Position numbers and translations under genes: made by a program
Notes under the pieces: model-generated
What the model saw: only the letters and a program-made list of their open reading frames with translations
Database searches by the model: none
Told to the model about the DNA's origin: nothing
Shown here: positions 47,201-62,200 of the stretch, piece by piece
Layout: the number at the start of each line of letters is the position of its first letter
Position numbering within the stretch: the first letter of the stretch is position 1
DNA from: Balanoglossus misakiensis
Taxonomy: Eukaryota > Animalia > Hemichordata
Length of the DNA stretch: 64,000 nucleotides
Assembly (NCBI GenBank): GCA_040954595.2
Contig: JBECUI020000029.1
Coordinates: 289,333 to 353,332, forward strand
Direction of reading: 5' to 3'

Positions 47201-50200
47201 GGCAGTTGAGCTGAGGAGAGCACCTTCTTTCCCGGCACGCCACCAAGTAAAGTTCCACGCCGCCCACCACAGATGCCAGCATTCATTCATGCGAGTGAGT
47301 GTAATTGCAAATTTGCCTATTCTAGAATCTTACGTGCCATTGGAGAGCTCCATTGACTGGTCATTCATACTGTTTTCATTCATTCATTGCGGCATCAATA
47401 TATTTTATCTATTCTAGCCAAAGAGCTTGGCACCTGTTGAAATGAACTCATCTGCTGTGGGCCAGTTTATTGGTGGCAGTTGAGCTGAGGAGAGCACCTT
47501 CTTTCCCGGCACGCCACCAAGTAAAGTTCCACGCCGCCCACCACAGATGCCAGCATTCATTCATGCGAGTGAGTGTAATTGCAAATTTGCCTATTTACGT
47601 GCCATTGGAGAGCTCCATTGACTGGTCATTCATACTGTTTTCATTCATTCATTGCGGCATCAATATATTTTATCTATTCTAGCCAAAGAGCTTGGCACCT
47701 GTTGAAATGAACTCATCTGCTGTGGGCCAGTTTATTGGTGGCAGTTGAGCTGAGGAGAGCACCTTCCTTCCCGGCACGCCACCAAGTAAAGTTCCACGCC
47801 GCCCACCACAGATGCCAGCATTCATTCATGCGAGTGAGTGTAATTGCAAATTTGCCTATTCTAGAATCTTACGTGCCATTGGAGAGCTCCATTGACTGGT
47901 CATTCATACTGTTTTCATTCATTCATTGCGGCATCAATATATTTTATCTATTCTAGCCGAAGAGCTTGGCACCTGTTGAAATGAACTCATCTGCTGTGGG
48001 CCAGTTTATTGGTGGCAGTTGAGCTGAGGAGAGCACCTTCCTTCCCGGCACGCCACCAAGTAAAGTTCCACGCCGCCCACCACAGATGCCAGCATTCATT
48101 CATGCGAGTGAGTGTAATTGCAAATTTGCCTATTCTAGATCTGTAATGGAAATGGAGAAAGTACCTTATATTTTCTGTAAAATAGACATTTAATTGGCAA
48201 GCCGTCCTGCATCAATTATTAATTGTGTACATGCACTAAAGCGCCCTCACTGCTGGGTGTGTTGTATGGTCTTTAACCCTGTTTCAAATTAGAGTACTTT
48301 CTGCAATTTCAAGACAGATCTTACGTGCCATTGGAGAGCTCCATTGACTGGTCATTCATACTGTTTTCATTCATTCATTGCGGCATCAATATATTTTATC
48401 TATTCTAGCCAAAGAGCTTGGCACCTGTTGAAATGAACTCATCTGCTGTGGGCCAGTTTATTGGTGGCAGTTGAGCTGAGGAGAGCACCTTCCTTCCCGG
48501 CACGCCACCAAGTAAAGTTCCACGCCGCCCACCACAGATGCCAGCATTCATTCATGCGAGTGAGTGTAATTGCAAATTTGCCTATTCTAGATCTGTAATG
48601 GAAATGGAGAAAGTACCTTATATTTTCTGTAAAATAGACATTTAATTGGCAAGCCGTCCTGCATCAATTATTAATTGTGTACATGCACTAAAGCGCCCTC
48701 ACTGCTGGGTGTGTTGTATGGTCTTTAACCCTGTTTCAAATTAGAGTACTTTCTGCAATTTCAAGACAGATCTTACGTGCCATTGGAGAGCTCCATTGAC
48801 TGGTCATTCATACTGTTTTCATTCATTCATTGCGGCATCAATATATTTTATCTATTCTAGCCAAAGAGCTTGGCACCTGTTGAAATGAACTCATCTGCTG
48901 TGGGCCAGTTTATTGGTGGCAGTTGAGCTGAGGAGAGCACCTTCTTTCCCGGCACGCCACCAAGTAAAGTTCCACGCCGCCCACCACAGATGCCAGCATT
49001 CATTCATGCGAGTGAGTGTAATTGCAAATTTGCCTATTCTAGATCTGTAATGGAAATGGAGAAAGTACCTTATATTTTCTGTAAAATAGACATTTAATTG
49101 GCAAGCCGTCCTGCATCAATTATTAATTGTGTACATGCACTAAAGCGCCCTCACTGCTGGGTGTGTTGTATGGTCTTTAACCCTGTTTCAAATTAGAGTA
49201 CTTTCTGCAATTTCAAGACAGATCTTACGTGCCATTGGAGAGCTCCATTGACTGGTCATTCATACTGTTTTCATTCATTCATTGCGGCATCAATATATTT
49301 TATCTATTCTAGCCAAAGAGCTTGGCACCTGTTGAAATGAACTCATCTGCTGTGGGCCAGTTTATTGGTGGCAGTTGAGCTGAGGAGAGCACCTTCCTTC
49401 CCGGCACGCCACCAAGTAAAGTTCCACGCCGCCCACCACAGATGCCAGCATTCATTCATGCGAGTGAGTGTAATTGCAAATTTGCCTATTCTAGATCTGT
49501 AATGGAAATGGAGAAAGTACCTTATATTTTCTGTAAAATAGACATTTAATTGGCAAGCCGTCCTGCATCAATTATTAATTGTGTACATGCACTAAAGCGC
49601 CCTCACTGCTGGGTGTGTTGTATGGTCTTTAACCCTGTTTCAAATTAGAGTACTTTCTGCAATTTCAAGACAGATCTTACGTGCCATTGGAGAGCTCCAT
49701 TGACTGGTCATTCATACTGTTTTCATTCATTCATTGCGGCATCAATATATTTTATCTATTCTAGCCAAAGAGCTTGGCACCTGTTGAAATGAACTCATCT
49801 GCTGTGGGCCAGTTTATTGGTGGCAGTTGAGCTGAGGAGAGCACCTTCCTTCCCGGCACGCCACCAAGTAAAGTTCCACGCCGCCCACCACAGATGCCAG
49901 CATTCATTCATGCGAGTGAGTGTAATTGCAAATTTGCCTATTCTAGAATTCTTACGTGCCATTGGAGAGCTCCATTGACTGGTCATTCATACTGTTTTCA
50001 TTCATTCATTGCGGCATCAATATATTTTATCTATTCTAGCCAAAGAGCTTGGCACCTGTTGAAATGAACTCATCTGCTGTGGGCCAGTTTATTGGTGGCA
50101 GTTGAGCTGAGGAGAGCACCTTCCTTCCCGGCACGCCACCAAGTAAAGTTCCACGCCGCCCACCACAGATGCCAGCATTCATTCATGCGAGTGAGTGTAA

Positions 50201-53200
50201 TTGCAAATTTGCCTATTCTAGATCTGTAATGGAAATGGAGAAAGTACCTTATATTTTCTGTAAAATAGACATTTAATTGGCAAGCCGTCCTGCATCAATT
50301 ATTAATTGTGTACATGCACTAAAGCGCCCTCACTGCTGGGTGTGTTGTATGGTCTTTAACCCTGTTTCAAATTAGAGTACTTTCTGCAATTTCAAGACAG
50401 ATCTTACGTGCCATTGGAGAGCTCCATTGACTGGTCATTCATACTGTTTTCATTCATTCATTGCGGCATCAATATATTTTATCTATTCTAGCCAAAGAGC
50501 TTGGCACCTGTTGAAATGAACTCATCTGCTGTGGGCCAGTTTATTGGTGGCAGTTGAGCTGAGGAGAGCACCTTCTTTCCCGGCACGCCACCAAGTAAAG
50601 TTCCACGCCGCCCACCACAGATGCCAGCATTCATTCATGCGAGTGAGTGTAATTGCAAATTTGCCTATTCTAGAATCTTACGTGCCATTGGAGAGCTCCA
50701 TTGACTGGTCATTCATACTGTTTTCATTCATTCATTGCGGCATCAATATATTTTATCTATTCTAGCCAAAGAGCTTGGCACCTGTTGAAATGAACTCATC
50801 TGCTGTGGGCCAGTTTATTGGTGGCAGTTGAGCTGAGGAGAGCACCTTCTTTCCCGGCACGCCACCAAGTAAAGTTCCACGCCGCCCACCACAGATGCCA
50901 GCATTCATTCATGCGAGTGAGTGTAATTGCAAATTTGCCTATTTACGTGCCATTGGAGAGCTCCATTGACTGGTCATTCATACTGTTTTCATTCATTCAT
51001 TGCGGCATCAATATATTTTATCTATTCTAGCCAAAGAGCTTGGCACCTGTTGAAATGAACTCATCTGCTGTGGGCCAGTTTATTGGTGGCAGTTGAGCTG
51101 AGGAGAGCACCTTCCTTCCCGGCACGCCACCAAGTAAAGTTCCACGCCGCCCACCACAGATGCCAGCATTCATTCATGCGAGTGAGTGTAATTGCAAATT
51201 TGCCTATTCTAGATCTGTAATGGAAATGGAGAAAGTACCTTATATTTTCTGTAAAATAGACATTTAATTGGCAAGCCGTCCTGCATCAATTATTAATTGT
51301 GTACATGCACTAAAGCGCCCTCACTGCTGGGTGTGTTGTATGGTCTTTAACCCTGTTTCAAATTAGAGTACTTTCTGCAATTTCAAGACAGATCTTACGT
51401 GCCATTGGAGAGCTCCATTGACTGGTCATTCATACTGTTTTCATTCATTCATTGCGGCATCAATATATTTTATCTATTCTAGCCAAAGAGCTTGGCACCT
51501 GTTGAAATGAACTCATCTGCTGTGGGCCAGTTTATTGGTGGCAGTTGAGCTGAGGAGAGCACCTTCTTTCCCGGCACGCCACCAAGTAAAGTTCCACGCC
51601 GCCCACCACAGATGCCAGCATTCATTCATGCGAGTGAGTGTAATTGCAAATTTGCCTATTCTAGAATCTTACGTGCCATTGGAGAGCTCCATTGACTGGT
51701 CATTCATACTGTTTTCATTTATTCATTGCGGCATCAATATATTTTATCTATTCTAGCCAAAGAGCTTGGCACCTGTTGAAATGAACTCATCTGCTGTGGG
51801 CCAGTTTATTGGTGGCAGTTGAGCTGAGGAGAGCACCTTCTTTCCCGGCACGCCACCAAGTAAAGTTCCACGCCGCCCACCACAGATGCCAGCATTCATT
51901 CATGCGAGTGAGTGTAATTGCAAATTTGCCTATTCTAGAATCTTACGTGCCATTGGAGAGCTCCATTGACTGGTCATTCATACTGTTTTCATTCATTCAT
52001 TGCAGCATCAATATATTTTATCTATTCTAGCCAAAGAGCTTGGCACCTGTTGAAATGAACTCATCTGCTGTGGGCCAGTTTATTGGTGGCAGTTGAGCTG
52101 AGGAGAGCACCTTCCTTCCCGGCACGCCACCAAGTAAAGTTCCACGCCGCCCACCACAGATGCCAGCATTCATTCATGCGAGTGAGTGTAATTGCAAATT
52201 TGCCTATTCTAGAATCTTACGTGCCATTGGAGAGCTCCATTGACTGGTCATTCATACTGTTTTCATTCATTCATTGCGGCATCAATATATTTTATCTATT
52301 CTAGCCAAAGAGCTTGGCACCTGTTGAAATGAACTCATCTGCTGTGGGCCAGTTTATTGGTGGCAGTTGAGCTGAGGAGAGCACCTTCCTTCCCGGCACG
52401 CCACCAAGTAAAGTTCCACGCCGCCCACCACAGATGCCAGCATTCATTCATGCGAGTGAGTGTAATTGCAAATTTGCCTATTCTAGAATCTTACGTGCCA
52501 TTGGAGAGCTCCATTGACTGGTCATTCATACTGTTTTCATTCATTCATTGCGGCATCAATATATTTTATCTATTCTAGCCGAAGAGCTTGGCACCTGTTG
52601 AAATGAACTCATCTGCTGTGGGCCAGTTTATTGGTGGCAGTTGAGCTGAGGAGAGCACCTTCCTTCCCGGCACGCCACCAAGTAAAGTTCCACGCCGCCC
52701 ACCACAGATGCCAGCATTCATTCATGCGAGTGAGTGTAATTGCAAATTTGCCTATTCTAGATCTGTAATGGAAATGGAGAAAGTACCTTATATTTTCTGT
52801 AAAATAGACATTTAATTGGCAAGCCGTCCTGCATCAATTATTAATTGTGTACATGCACTAAAGCGCCCTCACTGCTGGGTGTGTTGTATGGTCTTTAACC
52901 CTGTTTCAAATTAGAGTACTTTCTGCAATTTCAAGACAGATCTTACGTGCCATTGGAGAGCTCCATTGACTGGTCATTCATACTGTTTTCATTCATTCAT
53001 TGCGGCATCAATATATTTTATCTATTCTAGCCAAAGAGCTTGGCACCTGTTGAAATGAACTCATCTGCTGTGGGCCAGTTTATTGGTGGCAGTTGAGCTG
53101 AGGAGAGCACCTTCCTTCCCGGCACGCCACCAAGTAAAGTTCCACGCCGCCCACCACAGATGCCAGCATTCATTCATGCGAGTGAGTGTAATTGCAAATT

Positions 53201-56200
53201 TGCCTATTCTAGATTCTTACGTGCCATTGGAGAGCTCCATTGACTGGTCATTCATACTGTTTTCATTCATTCATTGCGGCATCAATATATTTTATCTATT
53301 CTAGCCAAAGAGCTTGGCACCTGTTGAAATGAACTCATCTGCTGTGGGCCAGTTTATTGGTGGCAGTTGAGCTGAGGAGAGCACCTTCCTTCCCGGCACG
53401 CCACCAAGTAAAGTTCCACGCCGCCCACCACAGATGCCAGCATTCATTCATGCGAGTGAGTGTAATTGCAAATTTGCCTATTCTAGAATCTTACGTGCCA
53501 TTGGAGAGCTCCATTGACTGGTCATTCATACTGTTTTCATTCATTCATTGCGGCATCAATATATTTTATCTATTCTAGCCAAAGAGCTTGGCACCTGTTG
53601 AAATGAACTCATCTGCTGTGGGCCAGTTTATTGGTGGCAGTTGAGCTGAGGAGAGCACCTTCCTTCCCGGCACGCCACCAAGTAAAGTTCCACGCCGCCC
53701 ACCACAGATGCCAGCATTCATTCATGCGAGTGAGTGTAATTGCAAATTTGCCTATTCTAGATCTGTAATGGAAATGGAGAAAGTACCTTATATTTTCTGT
53801 AAAATAGACATTTAATTGGCAAGCCGTCCTGCATCAATTATTAATTGTGTACATGCACTAAAGCGCCCTCACTGCTGGGTGTGTTGTATGGTCTTTAACC
53901 CTGTTTCAAATTAGAGTACTTTCTGCAATTTCAAGACAGATCTTACGTGCCATTGGAGAGCTCCATTGACTGGTCATTCATACTGTTTTCATTCATTCAT
54001 TGCGGCATCAATATATTTTATCTATTCTAGCCAAAGAGCTTGGCACCTGTTGAAATGAACTCATCTGCTGTGGGCCAGTTTATTGGTGGCAGTTGAGCTG
54101 AGGAGAGCACCTTCCTTCCCGGCACGCCACCAAGTAAAGTTCCACGCCGCCCACCACAGATGCCAGCATTCATTCATGCGAGTGAGTGTAATTGCAAATT
54201 TGCCTATTCTAGATCTGTAATGGAAATGGAGAAAGTACCTTATATTTTCTGTAAAATAGACATTTAATTGGCAAGCCGTCCTGCATCAATTATTAATTGT
54301 GTACATGCACTAAAGCGCCCTCACTGCTGGGTGTGTTGTATGGTCTTTAACCCTGTTTCAAATTAGAGTACTTTCTGCAATTTCAAGACAGATCTTACGT
54401 GCCATTGGAGAGCTCCATTGACTGGTCATTCATACTGTTTTCATTCATTCATTGCGGCATCAATATATTTTATCTATTCTAGCCAAAGAGCTTGGCACCT
54501 GTTGAAATGAACTCATCTGCTGTGGGCCAGTTTATTGGTGGCAGTTGAGCTGAGGAGAGCACCTTCCTTCCCGGCACGCCACCAAGTAAAGTTCCACGCC
54601 GCCCACCACAGATGCCAGCATTCATTCATGCGAGTGAGTGTAATTGCAAATTTGCCTATTCTAGATCTGTAATGGAAATGGAGAAAGTACCTTATATTTT
54701 CTGTAAAATAGACATTTAATTGGCAAGCCGTCCTGCATCAATTATTAATTGTGTACATGCACTAAAGCGCCCTCACTGCTGGGTGTGTTGTATGGTCTTT
54801 AACCCTGTTTCAAATTAGAGTACTTTCTGCAATTTCAAGACAGATCTTACGTGCCATTGGAGAGCTCCATTGACTGGTCATTCATACTGTTTTCATTCAT
54901 TCATTGCGGCATCAATATATTTTATCTATTCTAGCCAAAGAGCTTGGCACCTGTTGAAATGAACTCATCTGCTGTGGGCCAGTTTATTGGTGGCAGTTGA
55001 GCTGAGGAGAGCACCTTCCTTCCCGGCACGCCACCAAGTAAAGTTCCACGCCGCCCACCACAGATGCCAGCATTCATTCATGCGAGTGAGTGTAATTGCA
55101 AATTTGCCTATTCTAGATCTGTAATGGAAATGGAGAAAGTACCTTATATTTTCTGTAAAATAGACATTTAATTGGCAAGCCGTCCTGCATCAATTATTAA
55201 TTGTGTACATGCACTAAAGCGCCCTCACTGCTGGGTGTGTTGTATGGTCTTTAACCCTGTTTCAAATTAGAGTACTTTCTGCAATTTCAAGACAGATCTT
55301 ACGTGCCATTGGAGAGCTCCATTGACTGGTCATTCATACTGTTTTCATTCATTCATTGCGGCATCAATATATTTTATCTATTCTAGCCAAAGAGCTTGGC
55401 ACCTGTTGAAATGAACTCATCTGCTGTGGGCCAGTTTATTGGTGGCAGTTGAGCTGAGGAGAGCACCTTCCTTCCCGGCACGCCACCAAGTAAAGTTCCA
55501 CGCCGCCCACCACAGATGCCAGCATTCATTCATGCGAGTGAGTGTAATTGCAAATTTGCCTATTCTAGATCTGTAATGGAAATGGAGAAAGTACCTTATA
55601 TTTTCTGTAAAATAGACATTTAATTGGCAAGCCGTCCTGCATCAATTATTAATTGTGTACATGCACTAAAGCGCCCTCACTGCTGGGTGTGTTGTATGGT
55701 CTTTAACCCTGTTTCAAATTAGAGTACTTTCTGCAATTTCAAGACAGATCTTACGTGCCATTGGAGAGCTCCATTGACTGGTCATTCATACTGTTTTCAT
55801 TCATTCATTGCGGCATCAATATATTTTATCTATTCTAGCCAAAGAGCTTGGCACCTGTTGAAATGAACTCATCTGCTGTGGGCCAGTTTATTGGTGGCAG
55901 TTGAGCTGAGGAGAGCACCTTCCTTCCCGGCACGCCACCAAGTAAAGTTCCACGCCGCCCACCACAGATGCCAGCATTCATTCATGCGAGTGAGTGTAAT
56001 TGCAAATTTGCCTATTCTAGATCTGTAATGGAAATGGAGAAAGTACCTTATATTTTCTGTAAAATAGACATTTAATTGGCAAGCCGTCCTGCATCAATTA
56101 TTAATTGTGTACATGCACTAAAGCGCCCTCACTGCTGGGTGTGTTGTATGGTCTTTAACCCTGTTTCAAATTAGAGTACTTTCTGCAATTTCAAGACAGA

Positions 56201-59200
56201 TCTTACGTGCCATTGGAGAGCTCCATTGACTGGTCATTCATACTGTTTTCATTCATTCATTGCGGCATCAATATATTTTATCTATTCTAGCCAAAGAGCT
56301 TGGCACCTGTTGAAATGAACTCATCTGCTGTGGGCCAGTTTATTGGTGGCAGTTGAGCTGAGGAGAGCACCTTCTTTCCCGGCACGCCACCAAGTAAAGT
56401 TCCACGCCGCCCACCACAGATGCCAGCATTCATTCATGCGAGTGAGTGTAATTGCAAATTTGCCTATTTACGTGCCATTGGAGAGCTCCATTGACTGGTC
56501 ATTCATACTGTTTTCATTCATTCATTGCGGCATCAATATATTTTATCTATTCTAGCCAAAGAGCTTGGCACCTGTTGAAATGAACTCATCTGCTGTGGGC
56601 CAGTTTATTGGTGGCAGTTGAGCTGAGGAGAGCACCTTCCTTCCCGGCACGCCACCAAGTAAAGTTCCACGCCGCCCACCACAGATGCCAGCATTCATTC
56701 ATGCGAGTGAGTGTAATTGCAAATTTGCCTATTCTAGATCTGTAATGGAAATGGAGAAAGTACCTTATATTTTCTGTAAAATAGACATTTAATTGGCAAG
56801 CCGTCCTGCATCAATTATTAATTGTGTACATGCACTAAAGCGCCCTCACTGCTGGGTGTGTTGTATGGTCTTTAACCCTGTTTCAAATTAGAGTACTTTC
56901 TGCAATTTCAAGACAGATCTTACGTGCCATTGGAGAGCTCCATTGACTGGTCATTCATACTGTTTTCATTCATTCATTGCGGCATCAATATATTTTATCT
57001 ATTCTAGCCAAAGAGCTTGGCACCTGTTGAAATGAACTCATCTGCTGTGGGCCAGTTTATTGGTGGCAGTTGAGCTGAGGAGAGCACCTTCCTTCCCGGC
57101 ACGCCACCAAGTAAAGTTCCACGCCGCCCACCACAGATGCCAGCATTCATTCATGCGAGTGAGTGTAATTGCAAATTTGCCTATTCTAGAATTCTTACGT
57201 GCCATTGGAGAGCTCCATTGACTGGTCATTCATACTGTTTTCATTCATTCATTGCGGCATCAATATATTTTATCTATTCTAGCCAAAGAGCTTGGCACCT
57301 GTTGAAATGAACTCATCTGCTGTGGGCCAGTTTATTGGTGGCAGTTGAGCTGAGGAGAGCACCTTCCTTCCCGGCACGCCACCAAGTAAAGTTCCACGCC
57401 GCCCACCACAGATGCCAGCATTCATTCATGCGAGTGAGTGTAATTGCAAATTTGCCTATTCTAGATCTGTAATGGAAATGGAGAAAGTACCTTATATTTT
57501 CTGTAAAATAGACATTTAATTGGCAAGCCGTCCTGCATCAATTATTAATTGTGTACATGCACTAAAGCGCCCTCACTGCTGGGTGTGTTGTATGGTCTTT
57601 AACCCTGTTTCAAATTAGAGTACTTTCTGCAATTTCAAGACAGATCTTACGTGCCATTGGAGAGCTCCATTGACTGGTCATTCATACTGTTTTCATTCAT
57701 TCATTGCGGCATCAATATATTTTATCTATTCTAGCCAAAGAGCTTGGCACCTGTTGAAATGAACTCATCTGCTGTGGGCCAGTTTATTGGTGGCAGTTGA
57801 GCTGAGGAGAGCACCTTCTTTCCCGGCACGCCACCAAGTAAAGTTCCACGCCGCCCACCACAGATGCCAGCATTCATTCATGCGAGTGAGTGTAATTGCA
57901 AATTTGCCTATTCTAGAATCTTACGTGCCATTGGAGAGCTCCATTGACTGGTCATTCATACTGTTTTCATTCATTCATTGCGGCATCAATATATTTTATC
58001 TATTCTAGCCAAAGAGCTTGGCACCTGTTGAAATGAACTCATCTGCTGTGGGCCAGTTTATTGGTGGCAGTTGAGCTGAGGAGAGCACCTTCTTTCCCGG
58101 CACGCCACCAAGTAAAGTTCCACGCCGCCCACCACAGATGCCAGCATTCATTCATGCGAGTGAGTGTAATTGCAAATTTGCCTATTTACGTGCCATTGGA
58201 GAGCTCCATTGACTGGTCATTCATACTGTTTTCATTCATTCATTGCGGCATCAATATATTTTATCTATTCTAGCCAAAGAGCTTGGCACCTGTTGAAATG
58301 AACTCATCTGCTGTGGGCCAGTTTATTGGTGGCAGTTGAGCTGAGGAGAGCACCTTCCTTCCCGGCACGCCACCAAGTAAAGTTCCACGCCGCCCACCAC
58401 AGATGCCAGCATTCATTCATGCGAGTGAGTGTAATTGCAAATTTGCCTATTCTAGATCTGTAATGGAAATGGAGAAAGTACCTTATATTTTCTGTAAAAT
58501 AGACATTTAATTGGCAAGCCGTCCTGCATCAATTATTAATTGTGTACATGCACTAAAGCGCCCTCACTGCTGGGTGTGTTGTATGGTCTTTAACCCTGTT
58601 TCAAATTAGAGTACTTTCTGCAATTTCAAGACAGATCTTACGTGCCATTGGAGAGCTCCATTGACTGGTCATTCATACTGTTTTCATTCATTCATTGCGG
58701 CATCAATATATTTTATCTATTCTAGCCAAAGAGCTTGGCACCTGTTGAAATGAACTCATCTGCTGTGGGCCAGTTTATTGGTGGCAGTTGAGCTGAGGAG
58801 AGCACCTTCTTTCCCGGCACGCCACCAAGTAAAGTTCCACGCCGCCCACCACAGATGCCAGCATTCATTCATGCGAGTGAGTGTAATTGCAAATTTGCCT
58901 ATTCTAGAATCTTACGTGCCATTGGAGAGCTCCATTGACTGGTCATTCATACTGTTTTCATTCATTCATTGCGGCATCAATATATTTTATCTATTCTAGC
59001 CAAAGAGCTTGGCACCTGTTGAAATGAACTCATCTGCTGTGGGCCAGTTTATTGGTGGCAGTTGAGCTGAGGAGAGCACCTTCTTTCCCGGCACGCCACC
59101 AAGTAAAGTTCCACGCCGCCCACCACAGATGCCAGCATTCATTCATGCGAGTGAGTGTAATTGCAAATTTGCCTATTCTAGAATCTTACGTGCCATTGGA

Positions 59201-62200
59201 GAGCTCCATTGACTGGTCATTCATACTGTTTTCATTCATTCATTGCGGCATCAATATATTTTATCTATTCTAGCCAAAGAGCTTGGCACCTGTTGAAATG
59301 AACTCATCTGCTGTGGGCCAGTTTATTGGTGGCAGTTGAGCTGAGGAGAGCACCTTCCTTCCCGGCACGCCACCAAGTAAAGTTCCACGCCGCCCACCAC
59401 AGATGCCAGCATTCATTCATGCGAGTGAGTGTAATTGCAAATTTGCCTATTCTAGAATCTTACGTGCCATTGGAGAGCTCCATTGACTGGTCATTCATAC
59501 TGTTTTCATTCATTCATTGCGGCATCAATATATTTTATCTATTCTAGCCAAAGAGCTTGGCACCTGTTGAAATGAACTCATCTGCTGTGGGCCAGTTTAT
59601 TGGTGGCAGTTGAGCTGAGGAGAGCACCTTCCTTCCCGGCACGCCACCAAGTAAAGTTCCACGCCGCCCACCACAGATGCCAGCATTCATTCATGCGAGT
59701 GAGTGTAATTGCAAATTTGCCTATTCTAGAATCTTACGTGCCATTGGAGAGCTCCATTGACTGGTCATTCATACTGTTTTCATTCATTCATTGCGGCATC
59801 AATATATTTTATCTATTCTAGCCGAAGAGCTTGGCACCTGTTGAAATGAACTCATCTGCTGTGGGCCAGTTTATTGGTGGCAGTTGAGCTGAGGAGAGCA
59901 CCTTCCTTCCCGGCACGCCACCAAGTAAAGTTCCACGCCGCCCACCACAGATGCCAGCATTCATTCATGCGAGTGAGTGTAATTGCAAATTTGCCTATTC
60001 TAGATCTGTAATGGAAATGGAGAAAGTACCTTATATTTTCTGTAAAATAGACATTTAATTGGCAAGCCGTCCTGCATCAATTATTAATTGTGTACATGCA
60101 CTAAAGCGCCCTCACTGCTGGGTGTGTTGTATGGTCTTTAACCCTGTTTCAAATTAGAGTACTTTCTGCAATTTCAAGACAGATCTTACGTGCCATTGGA
60201 GAGCTCCATTGACTGGTCATTCATACTGTTTTCATTCATTCATTGCGGCATCAATATATTTTATCTATTCTAGCCAAAGAGCTTGGCACCTGTTGAAATG
60301 AACTCATCTGCTGTGGGCCAGTTTATTGGTGGCAGTTGAGCTGAGGAGAGCACCTTCCTTCCCGGCACGCCACCAAGTAAAGTTCCACGCCGCCCACCAC
60401 AGATGCCAGCATTCATTCATGCGAGTGAGTGTAATTGCAAATTTGCCTATTCTAGATTCTTACGTGCCATTGGAGAGCTCCATTGACTGGTCATTCATAC
60501 TGTTTTCATTCATTCATTGCGGCATCAATATATTTTATCTATTCTAGCCAAAGAGCTTGGCACCTGTTGAAATGAACTCATCTGCTGTGGGCCAGTTTAT
60601 TGGTGGCAGTTGAGCTGAGGAGAGCACCTTCCTTCCCGGCACGCCACCAAGTAAAGTTCCACGCCGCCCACCACAGATGCCAGCATTCATTCATGCGAGT
60701 GAGTGTAATTGCAAATTTGCCTATTCTAGAATCTTACGTGCCATTGGAGAGCTCCATTGACTGGTCATTCATACTGTTTTCATTCATTCATTGCGGCATC
60801 AATATATTTTATCTATTCTAGCCAAAGAGCTTGGCACCTGTTGAAATGAACTCATCTGCTGTGGGCCAGTTTATTGGTGGCAGTTGAGCTGAGGAGAGCA
60901 CCTTCCTTCCCGGCACGCCACCAAGTAAAGTTCCACGCCGCCCACCACAGATGCCAGCATTCATTCATGCGAGTGAGTGTAATTGCAAATTTGCCTATTC
61001 TAGATCTGTAATGGAAATGGAGAAAGTACCTTATATTTTCTGTAAAATAGACATTTAATTGGCAAGCCGTCCTGCATCAATTATTAATTGTGTACATGCA
61101 CTAAAGCGCCCTCACTGCTGGGTGTGTTGTATGGTCTTTAACCCTGTTTCAAATTAGAGTACTTTCTGCAATTTCAAGACAGATCTTACGTGCCATTGGA
61201 GAGCTCCATTGACTGGTCATTCATACTGTTTTCATTCATTCATTGCGGCATCAATATATTTTATCTATTCTAGCCAAAGAGCTTGGCACCTGTTGAAATG
61301 AACTCATCTGCTGTGGGCCAGTTTATTGGTGGCAGTTGAGCTGAGGAGAGCACCTTCCTTCCCGGCACGCCACCAAGTAAAGTTCCACGCCGCCCACCAC
61401 AGATGCCAGCATTCATTCATGCGAGTGAGTGTAATTGCAAATTTGCCTATTCTAGATCTGTAATGGAAATGGAGAAAGTACCTTATATTTTCTGTAAAAT
61501 AGACATTTAATTGGCAAGCCGTCCTGCATCAATTATTAATTGTGTACATGCACTAAAGCGCCCTCACTGCTGGGTGTGTTGTATGGTCTTTAACCCTGTT
61601 TCAAATTAGAGTACTTTCTGCAATTTCAAGACAGATCTTACGTGCCATTGGAGAGCTCCATTGACTGGTCATTCATACTGTTTTCATTCATTCATTGCGG
61701 CATCAATATATTTTATCTATTCTAGCCAAAGAGCTTGGCACCTGTTGAAATGAACTCATCTGCTGTGGGCCAGTTTATTGGTGGCAGTTGAGCTGAGGAG
61801 AGCACCTTCCTTCCCGGCACGCCACCAAGTAAAGTTCCACGCCGCCCACCACAGATGCCAGCATTCATTCATGCGAGTGAGTGTAATTGCAAATTTGCCT
61901 ATTCTAGATCTGTAATGGAAATGGAGAAAGTACCTTATATTTTCTGTAAAATAGACATTTAATTGGCAAGCCGTCCTGCATCAATTATTAATTGTGTACA
62001 TGCACTAAAGCGCCCTCACTGCTGGGTGTGTTGTATGGTCTTTAACCCTGTTTCAAATTAGAGTACTTTCTGCAATTTCAAGACAGATCTTACGTGCCAT
62101 TGGAGAGCTCCATTGACTGGTCATTCATACTGTTTTCATTCATTCATTGCGGCATCAATATATTTTATCTATTCTAGCCAAAGAGCTTGGCACCTGTTGA